Of a DNA stretch of 64,000 nt, positions 28,500 to 38,696 are shown one piece after another. The position numbers were made by a program, and so were the translations under genes. The stretch is taken from contig JBFWOS010000001.1 of assembly GCA_050250375.1 (NCBI GenBank), positions 471,090-535,089 on the forward strand, in the 5' to 3' direction. This stretch comes from Candidatus Omnitrophota bacterium (GTDB lineage: Bacteria > Omnitrophota > Gorgyraeia > Zapsychrales > Zapsychraceae). The notes under the pieces were generated by a model. The model did no database searches and was not told the DNA's origin. It saw nothing but the letters and a program-made list of their open reading frames with translations. Within the stretch, counting starts at the first letter, position 1, and the number at the start of each line of letters is the position of its first letter.

Positions 28500-28973
28500 C
28501 TAAGCGATTACTTTATTGATTAAAACATCTAGATGGCTAAGAACTTCCTGCTCTTTGATACGCATCCGGCGAATATCAGCCGCTTCGTGGTCATCATATC
28601 CTAACAAATGGAGTATGCCGTGGACAATATACAGCACTAATTCATGCTGTTCCGTCGTTTTGAACTTTTGAGAATTTTGTTTAGCCGCGTCCGTAGATAT
28701 TACAATATCCCCAATAACTTTTCCGTGAAGTTCTTTGCCCGATTTGGCGTGGACAAGCCCATTACCCCCCAGATTAAAAGCCAATACGTCTGTGGCATAA
28801 CTTCGGTTGAGAAATTTCTTATTGAGGGCTCGAATTTTCTGGCTGGAAACAAAAACTATCGACAAAACAGAATTCTTGATCTTAAGATATTGAAGAATCA
28901 CCTGGACGATGTTCTTGATCTGATTGGTCTGAAGAGGAATCTTTTTCTGAAGGTTTGTTATGACGATTTCCAT
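28500..28973 (-). CDS. ybeY: rRNA maturation endoribonuclease YbeY
   Basis: HGILHLLGYDDHEAADIRRM is the YbeY zinc-binding H3xH5xH motif. The ORF-track start at 29054 adds an approx 27-aa extension overlapping the upstream gene. The internal Met (MEIVITNLQ...) at 28973 is more likely. Confidence 0.75.
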   Translation of the reverse strand: MEIVITNLQKKIPLQTNQIKNIVQVILQYLKIKNSVLSIVFVSSQKIRALNKKFLNRSYATDVLAFNLGGNGLVHAKSGKELHGKVIGDIVISTDAAKQNSQKFKTTEQHELVLYIVHGILHLLGYDDHEAADIRRMRIKEQEVLSHLDVLINKVIA

Positions 28974-30393
28974 CCTTGAACGCACTCCTGTTCTTTCGCT
29001 GTAATCCGGTTTTTTCTGTCCCGTTCTTTTTTTCTGGGTACTTGACCCTGCCATGATACATTGCCGTCAGAACCCGAATAAATGTAGAAGAAATTTTATC
29101 AATTTCCTTAAGTGTCAAAGGACATTCATCCAGTTGTCCATCAATAAATTTATTATTAATCACTTTCTTGACGGTTACTTCAATATTCGAAGGATTTGGG
29201 TCATCCAACGCCCGAGTTGCCCCTTCGACCGAGTCAGCAAGGAGCGTAATGGCCGTCTCCCTGCTTTGAGGTTTTGGACCGGGATAACGGAACGTCTCTT
29301 CATCAACCCGTTCCCCGTCTTGAGCCTCCTCAACGGATTTTTGATAAAAATAATAAATCAAACTTGTTCCGTGGTGTTGCGGGATAAAATCAATAATAAC
29401 AGGATTCAATTTATTCTTTCGGGCTAACTCAATCCCCTCTTTTACATGATTTATAATGACAAGCCGACTCATTGAGGGTTCAATGTTATCATGTTTGTTT
29501 GGGCCCATCATTTGATTCTCAGTGAAGTATTCCGGTTTGACCATTTTTCCGATGTCATGATAATAGGCCCCCACGCGGGTTAATAACGAGTGTGCCCCGA
29601 TGGCATCGGCCGCTGTCTCCGCAAGATTACTTACGACCAAACTGTGATGATATGTCCCCGGCGCTTCCAAGATCATTCGTTTTAATAAAGGCTGGTTAAA
29701 ATCCGAAAGTTCAAGCAGGCTGAAATTTGTTAACACCCCAAATAAATATTCAAATACTTTTAATGTCGCTGCAACAATAAATGTACTGATATAACCGTTT
29801 AAGATCAACGGAAGCAGATATTGGTCTAAAAAAGGTCTCGACATTAGCAAACTCGGGTGTGGATTGAGCAGGAAAATGCAAACTGTGTGCATGATTGATA
29901 TTAAAAATCCGGCTAATATCAGACGGCCGCGGGTACGGGCCTCCCTGACTGAATACGCACCAACCAATCCTCCCATAAAATACGTCAGCATCATATCCAG
30001 GCCGCCGTTTAAGATAAGACTCACCAAGGTACTACTGATAAAGGCCATGACAAAAGTCAGCGTCCGGCTGTTAAATAGCAGCATTGTCAGCAACGCAATG
30101 GCTGGGACAGGGACATAATAAAGGGAAAGGGTTGTATATGATTTTGTGGTATGGGCAAAAAATATGATAATAACAAGCAATAAACCGAGATTTAGAAATA
30201 ATTTGAAACTTCCATGATTTGAATAACTTAAATGAAACGCCAACAGCATCAGCAAAATAGGAATAATCAGACTATATCCTAAGAATTGACAATAAAAAAT
30301 AAGTCCGCCGATAAATATACTTAACAGACTTACCCGAAAAAAACTATCTTTAATACCGTCGTTACTTTTTTTGATTAAGATCATAGGCCTCAA
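28882..30393 (-). CDS. 7TM receptor with intracellular HD hydrolase (YqfF-like HDIG membrane phosphohydrolase)
   Basis: The N-terminal half has 7 or more TM helices. The C-terminal HD domain reads HSLVVSNLAETAADAIGAHSLLTRVGAYYHDIGK. The phoH - 7TM-HD - ybeY order is the conserved arrangement. Confidence 0.8.
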   Translation of the reverse strand: MRPMILIKKSNDGIKDSFFRVSLLSIFIGGLIFYCQFLGYSLIIPILLMLLAFHLSYSNHGSFKLFLNLGLLLVIIIFFAHTTKSYTTLSLYYVPVPAIALLTMLLFNSRTLTFVMAFISSTLVSLILNGGLDMMLTYFMGGLVGAYSVREARTRGRLILAGFLISIMHTVCIFLLNPHPSLLMSRPFLDQYLLPLILNGYISTFIVAATLKVFEYLFGVLTNFSLLELSDFNQPLLKRMILEAPGTYHHSLVVSNLAETAADAIGAHSLLTRVGAYYHDIGKMVKPEYFTENQMMGPNKHDNIEPSMSRLVIINHVKEGIELARKNKLNPVIIDFIPQHHGTSLIYYFYQKSVEEAQDGERVDEETFRYPGPKPQSRETAITLLADSVEGATRALDDPNPSNIEVTVKKVINNKFIDGQLDECPLTLKEIDKISSTFIRVLTAMYHGRVKYPEKKNGTEKTGLQRKNRSAFKDGNRHNKPSEKDSSSDQSDQEHRPGDSSIS

Positions 30394-31312
30394 TAATTCT
30401 TTGAACTAACTCGTGGCGCACAACGTCCTTGCCCGTCAAATGAACAAATTTTATACCTTCAATCCCTTTAAGAATATTTTGTGCGTCCGATAATCCGTTA
30501 GGCGCTCCTTTGGGCAAATCACTCTGTGTGATGTCCCCCGTGATCACCGTCTTCGAGTCAAATCCCAACCTCGTTAAAAACATTTTCATCTGGAAAGGTG
30601 TTGAGTTTTGGGCCTCATCAAGAATAACAAAAGCATCATTTAAAGTTCTACCGCGCATAAACGCCAGCGGGGCTACTTCAATAAGACCTTGTTCCGAAAG
30701 CTCATCCACTTTTTGTGCGTCCATCATTTCATACAAGGCATCATAAAGCGGCCTCAAATAAGGCGATACCTTCTCAACCATATCACCGGGGAGAAACCCA
30801 AGATTTTCTCCCGCTTCAATAGCCGGCCTGGTAAGAATAATTCTTTTGATTAACCCTTTGCGAAACGCATTGACCGCCATCGCCATGGCGAGATATGTTT
30901 TTCCTGTTCCCGCCGGCCCCATCCCAAAAACAATATCATTTTCTTTTATTGCCTCGACATATTCAATCTGCCCTTTAGATTTCGGAGTTACGAGCATTCC
31001 TTTCACAGATACGTCGATTTTCTCTTTTGCCAACCGCTTAAAATCAACCCCTTCATCCGGCTGTGCGAGACGCAACGCATAAATAATATCACGGGTCTTT
31101 ATTTCTGACCCTTTCTCTATCACATCAAGCAAATAATCAAAAAGTTCAACCGTTTTATCGACTTGTATCCGAGAACCTGAAATCTTGAAACCATTGCTTT
31201 TTTGAATAATCTTTATATGAAGTTCCTTCTCTATAAGACGAAGATTTTCGTCATACTTTCCGCAAATCATCTGTAATTCTTTATTATTATTGAATTGTAT
31301 TGTTCGATCCAT
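30362..31312 (-). CDS. phoH: PhoH-like ATPase
   Basis: Walker A VFGMGPAGTGKTYLAMAMAV, Walker B FVILDEAQN, and the ITGDITQSDLP motif. Confidence 0.85.
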   Translation of the reverse strand: MDRTIQFNNNKELQMICGKYDENLRLIEKELHIKIIQKSNGFKISGSRIQVDKTVELFDYLLDVIEKGSEIKTRDIIYALRLAQPDEGVDFKRLAKEKIDVSVKGMLVTPKSKGQIEYVEAIKENDIVFGMGPAGTGKTYLAMAMAVNAFRKGLIKRIILTRPAIEAGENLGFLPGDMVEKVSPYLRPLYDALYEMMDAQKVDELSEQGLIEVAPLAFMRGRTLNDAFVILDEAQNSTPFQMKMFLTRLGFDSKTVITGDITQSDLPKGAPNGLSDAQNILKGIEGIKFVHLTGKDVVRHELVQRIIEAYDLNQKK

Positions 31313-31338
31313 AAAGACGAGACATTCGGGTGGTGAAA

Positions 31339-31956
31339 CTATTCAACGGGAATTTTAAGATTTACACCGGGCTTTAGCACATCAGGGCTTTTCAGCACAT
31401 CTTTATTCGCCTCGTAAATCCTTGGCCATTTGCTGTACGAATTATAGAATTTCATGGATATCTTCTGGAGGGTATCATTTTTGTCGACGGTGTAATCGAC
31501 GAATCGTTGATTGGTTGTTTTAGCAGCACTATTTTCAACATACGGCTCATCAAAAGAGGGGATTTCAATCTTCCCTTTTGTATTCGAAGAATTTCCATGG
31601 TTCTTGGCTGTTCCGGAGAAATTATTTTTTACCGGCTTGTTTGTCGAACTTTGTGGAATTTCTTTTTCGGGTTTATCATTTTTTTCATCATTAATGAAGA
31701 AATCTAAACTCGGTTCTGCCGGTGGTTCTTTGATAAACTCAAGAAAGTATACTTTTCTTGTTTCTTTGACCTGTTTCGAGGTAGCCTGGGGAGCATTTTC
31801 CCAATTCCCGACCGTTCCTTCGACAATTTGATCAACCCGCTTTTTGTCTTGTTTATAACTACGGACACTAATATCATTGGCAACGCTGCATCCTAAGAAC
31901 CCGGAAAAGCAGACTAATATTAACGTTCCTTTAAGAAGTTTCTTAGGCATTATCAT
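31339..31956 (-). CDS. LysM-domain lipoprotein
   Basis: Lipobox LGCS. The C-terminal LysM is DYTVDKNDTLQKISMKFYNSYSKWPRIYEANKDVLKSPDVLKPGVNLKIP. Confidence 0.65.
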   Translation of the reverse strand: MIMPKKLLKGTLILVCFSGFLGCSVANDISVRSYKQDKKRVDQIVEGTVGNWENAPQATSKQVKETRKVYFLEFIKEPPAEPSLDFFINDEKNDKPEKEIPQSSTNKPVKNNFSGTAKNHGNSSNTKGKIEIPSFDEPYVENSAAKTTNQRFVDYTVDKNDTLQKISMKFYNSYSKWPRIYEANKDVLKSPDVLKPGVNLKIPVE

Positions 31957-33343
31957 CTCCTTTTTTTAGAGTCATGAGCCCTAAATCTTTCAACTGTTTA
32001 TCATCTACCGTCGAAGGAGCATCTGTAATCAAACAGTTTCCCTTTTGAGTTTTTGGAAACGCGATTGTATCTCTAATTGAATCCAAACCGGTTAACAATG
32101 CAACCAACCGGTCAATACCGTAAGCTACGCCGGCATGTGGTGGCGCCCCATATTCAAATGCCTGGAGTAAGAATCCAAACCGGTTTTGCGCTTCTAATTC
32201 ATTAAAACCTATTATATCAAAAATTTTCTTTTGCATATCCTTTTTATGTATACGAACAGACCCGCTTCCGATCTCATTACCGTTAAATACCAAATCATAC
32301 GACCGGGCTCTGATTTTTTCAAATTCACCACTGTCTAAATACTTAGAGTCTTCCTCTTTAATGGATGTAAACGGGTGATGTTCACTTTCCCAGCGCTTTT
32401 CATCTTTATTATATTTAAACATCGGAAAATCAATGATCCATGTTAAATTAAATTCTTCACCTTCTTTCCTTAAATCAGGCTTATCACTGTTATATTTCTC
32501 TTTCGCCTCTTTATGCGTCATTCTCGGAAAAGGTGTGACTAAATCAATCCCTTTGATTTCTTTAAAAATCTCCTTATATAATAACTCTGTCACGGCAAAA
32601 ACATCTTCCTCATCAACAAAAGACATCTCCATATCCAGTTGGGTAAATTCGGGTTGGCGGTCAGCCCTCAAATCTTCGTCCCGAAAACATTTTACAATTT
32701 GGTAATACTTGTCCAACCCCGAAACCATGAGCATTTGCTTAAATAACTGGGGCGATTGAGGTAACGCAAAAAATTTTCCGGGGTTTAAACGCGCGGGCAC
32801 TAGAAAATCCCTTGCGCCTTCAGGTGTCGATTTGGTCAGAACAGGCGTTTCAACTTCAGTAAAACCCTGCTTGTCAAGCACTTGCCTAATCACCGAACAT
32901 AATTTGTGTCTTGTCCGTAAAGAATTAAGCATCTTGGTTCTTCGAATATCTAAATACCGATAAGTCAGACGTAAATCCTCTGAAACCTCCCCATTGTCAT
33001 CAATAGGAAAAACCGGCACTTTACTCGGGTTCAGAATTTCCAATTCTGTGGCACATAATTCGATTTCACCTGTCGGGATATCCTGGTTGATCATTTTATC
33101 AGGACGAACATTGACCGTTCCTGTGACTTTTATAACAAATTCGGGCCCAAGCTTTGAAGCCACATCATGCGCTTGTTTGCTGACAGAAGGAACAAATACC
33201 ACTTGGGTAATCCCGTACCTATCACGAATATCAATAAAGATAAGTTTACCGTGATCTCTCCTCGCAGCCACCCAGCCACATAACGTCACCGTCTGATTCC
33301 CCTGTTGTTTTCTTAATTCCCCGCAAGTATGTGTACGTAACAT
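31943..33343 (-). CDS. aspS: Aspartate--tRNA ligase, bacterial-type N-terminus but lacking the GAD insertion domain (466 aa)
   Basis: MLRTHTCGELRKQQGNQTVTLCGWVAARRDHGKLIFIDIRDRYGITQVVF (anticodon-binding OB). Motif 2 FRDEDLRADRQPEFTQLDMEMSF. Motif 3 GIDRLVALLTG. No sequence lies between motifs 2 and 3 where bacterial AspRS carries the approx 120-aa GAD domain. Confidence 0.8.
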   Translation of the reverse strand: MLRTHTCGELRKQQGNQTVTLCGWVAARRDHGKLIFIDIRDRYGITQVVFVPSVSKQAHDVASKLGPEFVIKVTGTVNVRPDKMINQDIPTGEIELCATELEILNPSKVPVFPIDDNGEVSEDLRLTYRYLDIRRTKMLNSLRTRHKLCSVIRQVLDKQGFTEVETPVLTKSTPEGARDFLVPARLNPGKFFALPQSPQLFKQMLMVSGLDKYYQIVKCFRDEDLRADRQPEFTQLDMEMSFVDEEDVFAVTELLYKEIFKEIKGIDLVTPFPRMTHKEAKEKYNSDKPDLRKEGEEFNLTWIIDFPMFKYNKDEKRWESEHHPFTSIKEEDSKYLDSGEFEKIRARSYDLVFNGNEIGSGSVRIHKKDMQKKIFDIIGFNELEAQNRFGFLLQAFEYGAPPHAGVAYGIDRLVALLTGLDSIRDTIAFPKTQKGNCLITDAPSTVDDKQLKDLGLMTLKKGDDNA

Positions 33344-33350
33344 AGTCGAT

Positions 33351-34694
33351 TTACAACCTTTCTGTGGTTAATTCAAGTAATTGTGTATAATTATCATTTT
33401 TAATCGAAATTTCCTGCTGTGATCCATCCTGAAAATTCTTAATAGTGATTACCCCTCGATCCAATTCATTTTCTCCGATAATAATAACTCTCTCTGCTTT
33501 TGATTTATTCGCCTGACGCATAAGGCTTTTGACAGATGCTATGTTATAACAAATATCACAGGAAATAGAATGCTGCCGGAGTATATTTGTAATCACCCAC
33601 GCCCGAGAAAATGACTTTTCATCCAAAGCAATGACATAAATATCCGGATGGATACTCAAAACTTCCTGGTCTTGTGGGAGAGCCAAAAGTATGCGCTCAA
33701 TCCCTAAAGCAAATCCAACCGCTCCAACATTAGGCCCCCCTAGTTGATTGACCAGGTTATTATAGCGCCCACCCGCGCCAAGCGCATCCTGGCTCCCCAA
33801 TGATGTACTGGTGATTTCAAAGACGGTATGCGTATAATAATCAAGTCCTCGAACCAATTTTGAATCTAATTCAAAATCTATATTCATATCTTTCAATGCC
33901 TTCTGGACTTTATCAAAATAAATCCGGCTTTCAGCACCTAAAGCTGAAGATTCAATCGCCAATGAATCAATAACAGCCCGAGTTTTCTTGTTCTTGCTGT
34001 CTAATACCCGAAAAACATTCCTTTCAAATCGACTCTGGTCTTCTTCGTCTAATTCCAATATTCGATCTTTTAACTCCCGACGCAACCAGTTTGAAAAATT
34101 CTCCTTGTCTTCAGCTGATCCCAGAGAATTTAACTTGATGGTAAAATTTTTCAACCCTAAAGTTTTCAGAATATCCACGCTTAGGGCGATTACCTCCGCA
34201 TCCAGATACGGTGAATCAGCAAAGGGTCCGATCGCCTCGACTCCAACCTGATGAAACTGCCGCAAACGTCCCTTTTGCGGACGCTCCCCACGAAACATAG
34301 GACCGATATAATATAACTTACTCAACCCCTCAAGTTTGTCTAAATTCTGCAAAATGTAGGACCTCACGACTGAAGCCGTATTTTCAGGCCTTAAGGATAA
34401 TCCTGAAAGCTTAAGTTCCGCATTTTTCTCAGCGGGCTGAGCGGCCAGGTTAAGCATTTGTTTCATCACAACATCGCTGCTTTGGCCCATAGAACGGGCA
34501 AAGAGTTCCGTCTCTTCAAATATTGGCGTTCGGATCTCCTGATAATTGTAAACATGCAGAATTTCCCGCATTAAGTTTTCAACCGTTTGCCATTGATAGA
34601 TTTCCGGAAAAACTATATCAGAACAACCTCGGGGGATTGATAATTTATTCGACATATTTCCCACTAAAAATGATCTAACCCCGTCCTCCCACAA
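33351..34694 (-). CDS. hisS: Histidine--tRNA ligase
   Basis: RGCSDIVFPEIYQWQTVENLMREILHVYNYQEIRTPIFEETELF..., YYIGPMFRGERPQKGRLRQFHQVGVEAIG, GGGRYNNLV: HisRS motifs 1-3. Confidence 0.85.
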   Translation of the reverse strand: MWEDGVRSFLVGNMSNKLSIPRGCSDIVFPEIYQWQTVENLMREILHVYNYQEIRTPIFEETELFARSMGQSSDVVMKQMLNLAAQPAEKNAELKLSGLSLRPENTASVVRSYILQNLDKLEGLSKLYYIGPMFRGERPQKGRLRQFHQVGVEAIGPFADSPYLDAEVIALSVDILKTLGLKNFTIKLNSLGSAEDKENFSNWLRRELKDRILELDEEDQSRFERNVFRVLDSKNKKTRAVIDSLAIESSALGAESRIYFDKVQKALKDMNIDFELDSKLVRGLDYYTHTVFEITSTSLGSQDALGAGGRYNNLVNQLGGPNVGAVGFALGIERILLALPQDQEVLSIHPDIYVIALDEKSFSRAWVITNILRQHSISCDICYNIASVKSLMRQANKSKAERVIIIGENELDRGVITIKNFQDGSQQEISIKNDNYTQLLELTTERL

Positions 34695-34787
34695 TAATTG
34701 GGCTGGCGGGGCAATGATCGTAATAAATTTAAATGTTTGAAATTATTAAATTTACGATATAAGTATAAAAGCAGATATAAAATACTT

Positions 34788-35060
34788 TTATTTAATTTTT
34801 TGCTTCATTTCTAACCCAGGCTTAAAAACAACAACTTTACGAGGAGGGACTGGAACGCTTTCCCCAGTACGCGGATTTCGACCGAAACGAGCTCTACGTT
34901 CTTTGATTTTAAAAACACCAAAATTACGCAACTCAACCTTCTCATTCCTTACCAAACTGTCAACAATGACATCAAATGTCTTCTGAACGATTTTCTTGAC
35001 ATCCACTTGTTTGATCCCGGTCATATCGGTTATTTTGAGTACTATATCTTTTTTAGTCAT
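34788..35060 (-). CDS. HU/IHF-family DNA-binding protein
   Basis: MTKKDIVLKI...VELRNFGVFKIKERRARFGRNPRTGESVPVPPRKVVVFKPG: the HU/IHF arm motif. Confidence 0.85.
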   Translation of the reverse strand: MTKKDIVLKITDMTGIKQVDVKKIVQKTFDVIVDSLVRNEKVELRNFGVFKIKERRARFGRNPRTGESVPVPPRKVVVFKPGLEMKQKIK

Positions 35061-35172
35061 TTAAACTACCTCCTAATGCTAAGTATAGTAACAACAAGGC
35101 GTTACAGTGTCAAGAAATTATTTCTTCATAGTCCCTTTTCCCCAAGCTCTAAAAAACGCGGACTATTTTGTT

Positions 35173-38100
35173 TTAAAACTTCAAAGAACAACATTCATTT
35201 CCCACTAATTCTTTAATTTCATTCATTAAATCTTCATTCGGAGCAACAAAAAGGTCTTCTCCGACTAGGATTTCAATACTTTTATTTGACTGGGTGGACA
35301 ACCGCAAATAGACCGGGATCTTTCCCGGAGAACTCGACAATTTATTCTTTAAGTGATCAATGCCATTTTGCTCAAGACTTGATAAATCTAAGTTTATGGA
35401 TTTTATTGATTTATAGACATCCTGAATTTGTCCGATATCGTTGGCTATAATCTTCGCCTCATCATCCCGTAAACTAACCTTTCCTTTTAGAAAAACAACC
35501 TCTCCCTCTCTCAAAAATGGGGCTAGATTGACATAAGCTGATGGAAAGACAACTACTTCGATCGCCCCCTCCGCGTCCTCAAGCCTGATAATCGCCATTC
35601 GTTCATTTGTCTTACGCGTGTTGGTTAGCTTTATTTTACTAATTAACCCCACAATTCTTACCTCTTCTCCATCAACCGCTTTCGTAAGATTTCTTGTCGA
35701 AAAATCTGTAAATTGTTTGATTTCAGTACGATAATGCGACAAAGGATGCCCGCTGACATAATACCCCAACACTTCCTTTTCATATGTTAAAATCTGGTTC
35801 TGCGGCCACTCTTTTATATCCGGCAATTTCTCTGATTCTTTTACAAATCCTGATCCCATATCCATCATGTCAAAAAACGATACTTGCCCGGAAGCCTTTT
35901 CTTTTTGCAGTTTTGCACTGATTTCTAATGTACGGTCCAAAACAGTCATCATCTGCGACCGATAAATCTTAAAATCATCCAAAGCCCCGCATTTAATCAA
36001 ACTTTCTAGAACTTTTCGATTAGTTGTCCTTAAATCGACCCGCTCGCACAGTTCCTGTAAAGACAAAAACTCGCCGTTTTCCCTCTGCTCAACAATCGAA
36101 TCAATGGCGGAAGAACCGACATTTTTAACAGCCAACAAGCCGTACTGAATTGTTTTCTTATCAACGACACTGAACTTCTTTAAACTTCGATTGACATGAG
36201 GCGACAATATTTTAATTCCGTTGGCCTCGCATTCTTTAATATATTCCACCAGCTTGTCTGTATTATTTAATTCACTATTTAGAATTGAGCACATAAACTC
36301 CACTGGATAATTGGCTTTGAGATACGCTGTCCTATACGTAATCAGGGCATACGCAGCCGAATGACTTCGATTAAAACCATAACCCGAGAAATAGTCGATA
36401 AGATCAAATAGTTTATTGGCTTTTTCAGAAGATATCTGACTTGTCCGCTCACAACCTTCCACGAAATCCTTACGCATTTGATCCATAACCGACTGGATCT
36501 TTTTACTCATCGCCCGTCTCAAATGATCAGCCTGAACAAGGGTAAAACCGGCCAAAGCAACTGGAATTTGCATAACCTGCTCTTGATAAACAATAATCCC
36601 ATACGTTGCTTTAAGGATCGGCTCCAGTTTCGGATGATCATAGACAACAGCAATCTCGCCCCGCTTGCGCTTGATAAAATCGTCCAACATACCGCTGCCC
36701 ATCGGCCCTGGACGATAAAGGGCCAGTATGGAGATAAGGTCTTCAAATTCCGAAGGTTTTATTTTCTTAAGCAATTCCCTCATCCCCGCACTTTCCAACT
36801 GAAAAACACCAAAACTTTTGGCCTTGCCCAGCATCTCATAAGTCTTCCGGTCGTCTAATGCGGCTCGATCCATATCTAAATCAATATGATGTCGCTGTTT
36901 CACTAATTTTACGGCTTCATCAATTACCGTCAATGTCCTCAGCCCGAGGAAATCCATTTTTAATAGCCCGATTTTGGCAATACTATTCATCGAATATGCG
37001 GTTGTTATCTGATCGTCACTTGTCTTAAAAAGCGGAACATATTCCGTCAACGGTTTATCAGAGATAACAACACCGGCGGCGTGAATTGAGGCGTGACGGG
37101 TCAACCCCTCCAACACTCTGGCCATTTCATATACATCATTGGACACCTTATCTGATTTACATAATTGATCCAATTGGGGTTCTTTTTTGACGGCTTCCTC
37201 CAAACTGATGCCTAAATCATTTGGAATCAATTTGGCTATCCGGTCAACATCTCCGTAAGAAACACCCATGACACGGCCAACATCTCGAATCGCCGCGCGA
37301 GCCTGCATCGTTCCGAACGTAATAATCTGGGCCACATTGGACTTGCCATACTTCCTGGTCACATATTCAATAACTTCCCCTCGTCGCTCATAACAAAAAT
37401 CAATATCAATATCAGGCATACCGCTCCGGTCTGGATTCAAAAACCGTTCAAAAAGAAGGCCATAATAAAGTGGGTCTAAGTCGGTAATCCCCAACAGGTA
37501 ACTGACCAAACTCCCTGCCGCAGAACCACGACCGGGCCCAACAGGTATATTATTTTCCTTGGCAAAATTGATAAAATCCCAGACAATCAAGAAATAGGCG
37601 ATAAATCCCATTTTCTCAATAATATTCAGCTCCTGCGCTAATCGGCTTCGAACTTCTTCAGAAACAGTCGTATAGCGCCGCCTTAAACCTTCCTGACAAA
37701 GTTGGATTAAATAATCTTTTTGTGATTGTCCGGCAGGAGGTACAAACCGCGGCAAATGGTATGTGTCAAAATTTAATTTTAGGTCGCACTTGTCCGCAAT
37801 CTCCACCGTATTAGAGATCGCTTCCGGGACTTCGCTAAATAAATTCTTCATGGCAATTTGATCTTTAAAATAGAACTCTCCGGACTGAAGTTTCATACGG
37901 CCTGGATCACTTAACATGGACTGGGTTTGAATACATAACAATGCATCATGGGCGTGTGATTGGTGGGGTTCTAAATAATGCACATCATTGGTAGCGACAA
38001 GGGGGATGTTTAATTCTTTGGAAATCTTTACAATCAGCGGGTTTACTTTTTTCTGTATTTCAATCCCATGATCCATCAACTCAAGATAAAAATTACCTTT

Positions 38101-38607
38101 ACCAAATATATTCTGAAAATCATCAGCGGATTTTAAGGCTGCATTGTAGTTTCCCTGCATAAGGTTCCACGCTACCTCGCCCTTTAAACAGGCTGAACTG
38201 CAGATCAGCCCCTGAGAATGTTGAGACAAAATTTCTTTGTCGATGCGCGGATGATAATAAAACCCCTCAAGATAGCCCGCCGAAATCAATTTCATTAAAT
38301 TTCTATATCCGGTGAGATCCTTCGACAACAATAATAAATGGGAGGTGGCTTTATTCTGAGGGGATTTATCCATCCGTGAGCCATTAACGGATAAATAGGC
38401 TTCGACACCTATAATCGGTTTTATTTTGGCTTTATTGGCCGCCAGGTAAAAATCAATCGCTCCAAACATATTGCCGTGATCCGTCATGGCAACGGCCGGC
38501 ATTTGATATTCAACAGCTTTCTCTATTAATTTGTTGATGCGGCAGGTCCCGTCGAGAAGACTGTACTGGGTGTGAACGTGAAGATGGACAAAATCCATAG
38601 ATTTCAT
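35173..38607 (-). CDS. dnaE: DNA polymerase III alpha subunit
   Basis: N-terminal PHP domain FVHLHVHTQYSLLDG. 1144 aa, with the polymerase core, an OB fold and beta-binding regions. Confidence 0.9.
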   Translation of the reverse strand: MKSMDFVHLHVHTQYSLLDGTCRINKLIEKAVEYQMPAVAMTDHGNMFGAIDFYLAANKAKIKPIIGVEAYLSVNGSRMDKSPQNKATSHLLLLSKDLTGYRNLMKLISAGYLEGFYYHPRIDKEILSQHSQGLICSSACLKGEVAWNLMQGNYNAALKSADDFQNIFGKGNFYLELMDHGIEIQKKVNPLIVKISKELNIPLVATNDVHYLEPHQSHAHDALLCIQTQSMLSDPGRMKLQSGEFYFKDQIAMKNLFSEVPEAISNTVEIADKCDLKLNFDTYHLPRFVPPAGQSQKDYLIQLCQEGLRRRYTTVSEEVRSRLAQELNIIEKMGFIAYFLIVWDFINFAKENNIPVGPGRGSAAGSLVSYLLGITDLDPLYYGLLFERFLNPDRSGMPDIDIDFCYERRGEVIEYVTRKYGKSNVAQIITFGTMQARAAIRDVGRVMGVSYGDVDRIAKLIPNDLGISLEEAVKKEPQLDQLCKSDKVSNDVYEMARVLEGLTRHASIHAAGVVISDKPLTEYVPLFKTSDDQITTAYSMNSIAKIGLLKMDFLGLRTLTVIDEAVKLVKQRHHIDLDMDRAALDDRKTYEMLGKAKSFGVFQLESAGMRELLKKIKPSEFEDLISILALYRPGPMGSGMLDDFIKRKRGEIAVVYDHPKLEPILKATYGIIVYQEQVMQIPVALAGFTLVQADHLRRAMSKKIQSVMDQMRKDFVEGCERTSQISSEKANKLFDLIDYFSGYGFNRSHSAAYALITYRTAYLKANYPVEFMCSILNSELNNTDKLVEYIKECEANGIKILSPHVNRSLKKFSVVDKKTIQYGLLAVKNVGSSAIDSIVEQRENGEFLSLQELCERVDLRTTNRKVLESLIKCGALDDFKIYRSQMMTVLDRTLEISAKLQKEKASGQVSFFDMMDMGSGFVKESEKLPDIKEWPQNQILTYEKEVLGYYVSGHPLSHYRTEIKQFTDFSTRNLTKAVDGEEVRIVGLISKIKLTNTRKTNERMAIIRLEDAEGAIEVVVFPSAYVNLAPFLREGEVVFLKGKVSLRDDEAKIIANDIGQIQDVYKSIKSINLDLSSLEQNGIDHLKNKLSSSPGKIPVYLRLSTQSNKSIEILVGEDLFVAPNEDLMNEIKELVGNECCSLKF

Positions 38608-38696
38608 GGGTATATTATAACAAAAAAGTTGCGGTTCACAAGATTCATGATTGAACCCAACTTATAAGCTTGTTAAACGCGATAAAATCTCTCGGA

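Noticed and set aside
28974-29054. N-terminal 27-aa extension of ybeY in the ORF track
   Set aside because: It overlaps the 7TM-HD gene. YbeY proteins are about 150 aa and the internal Met fits the conserved N-terminus.
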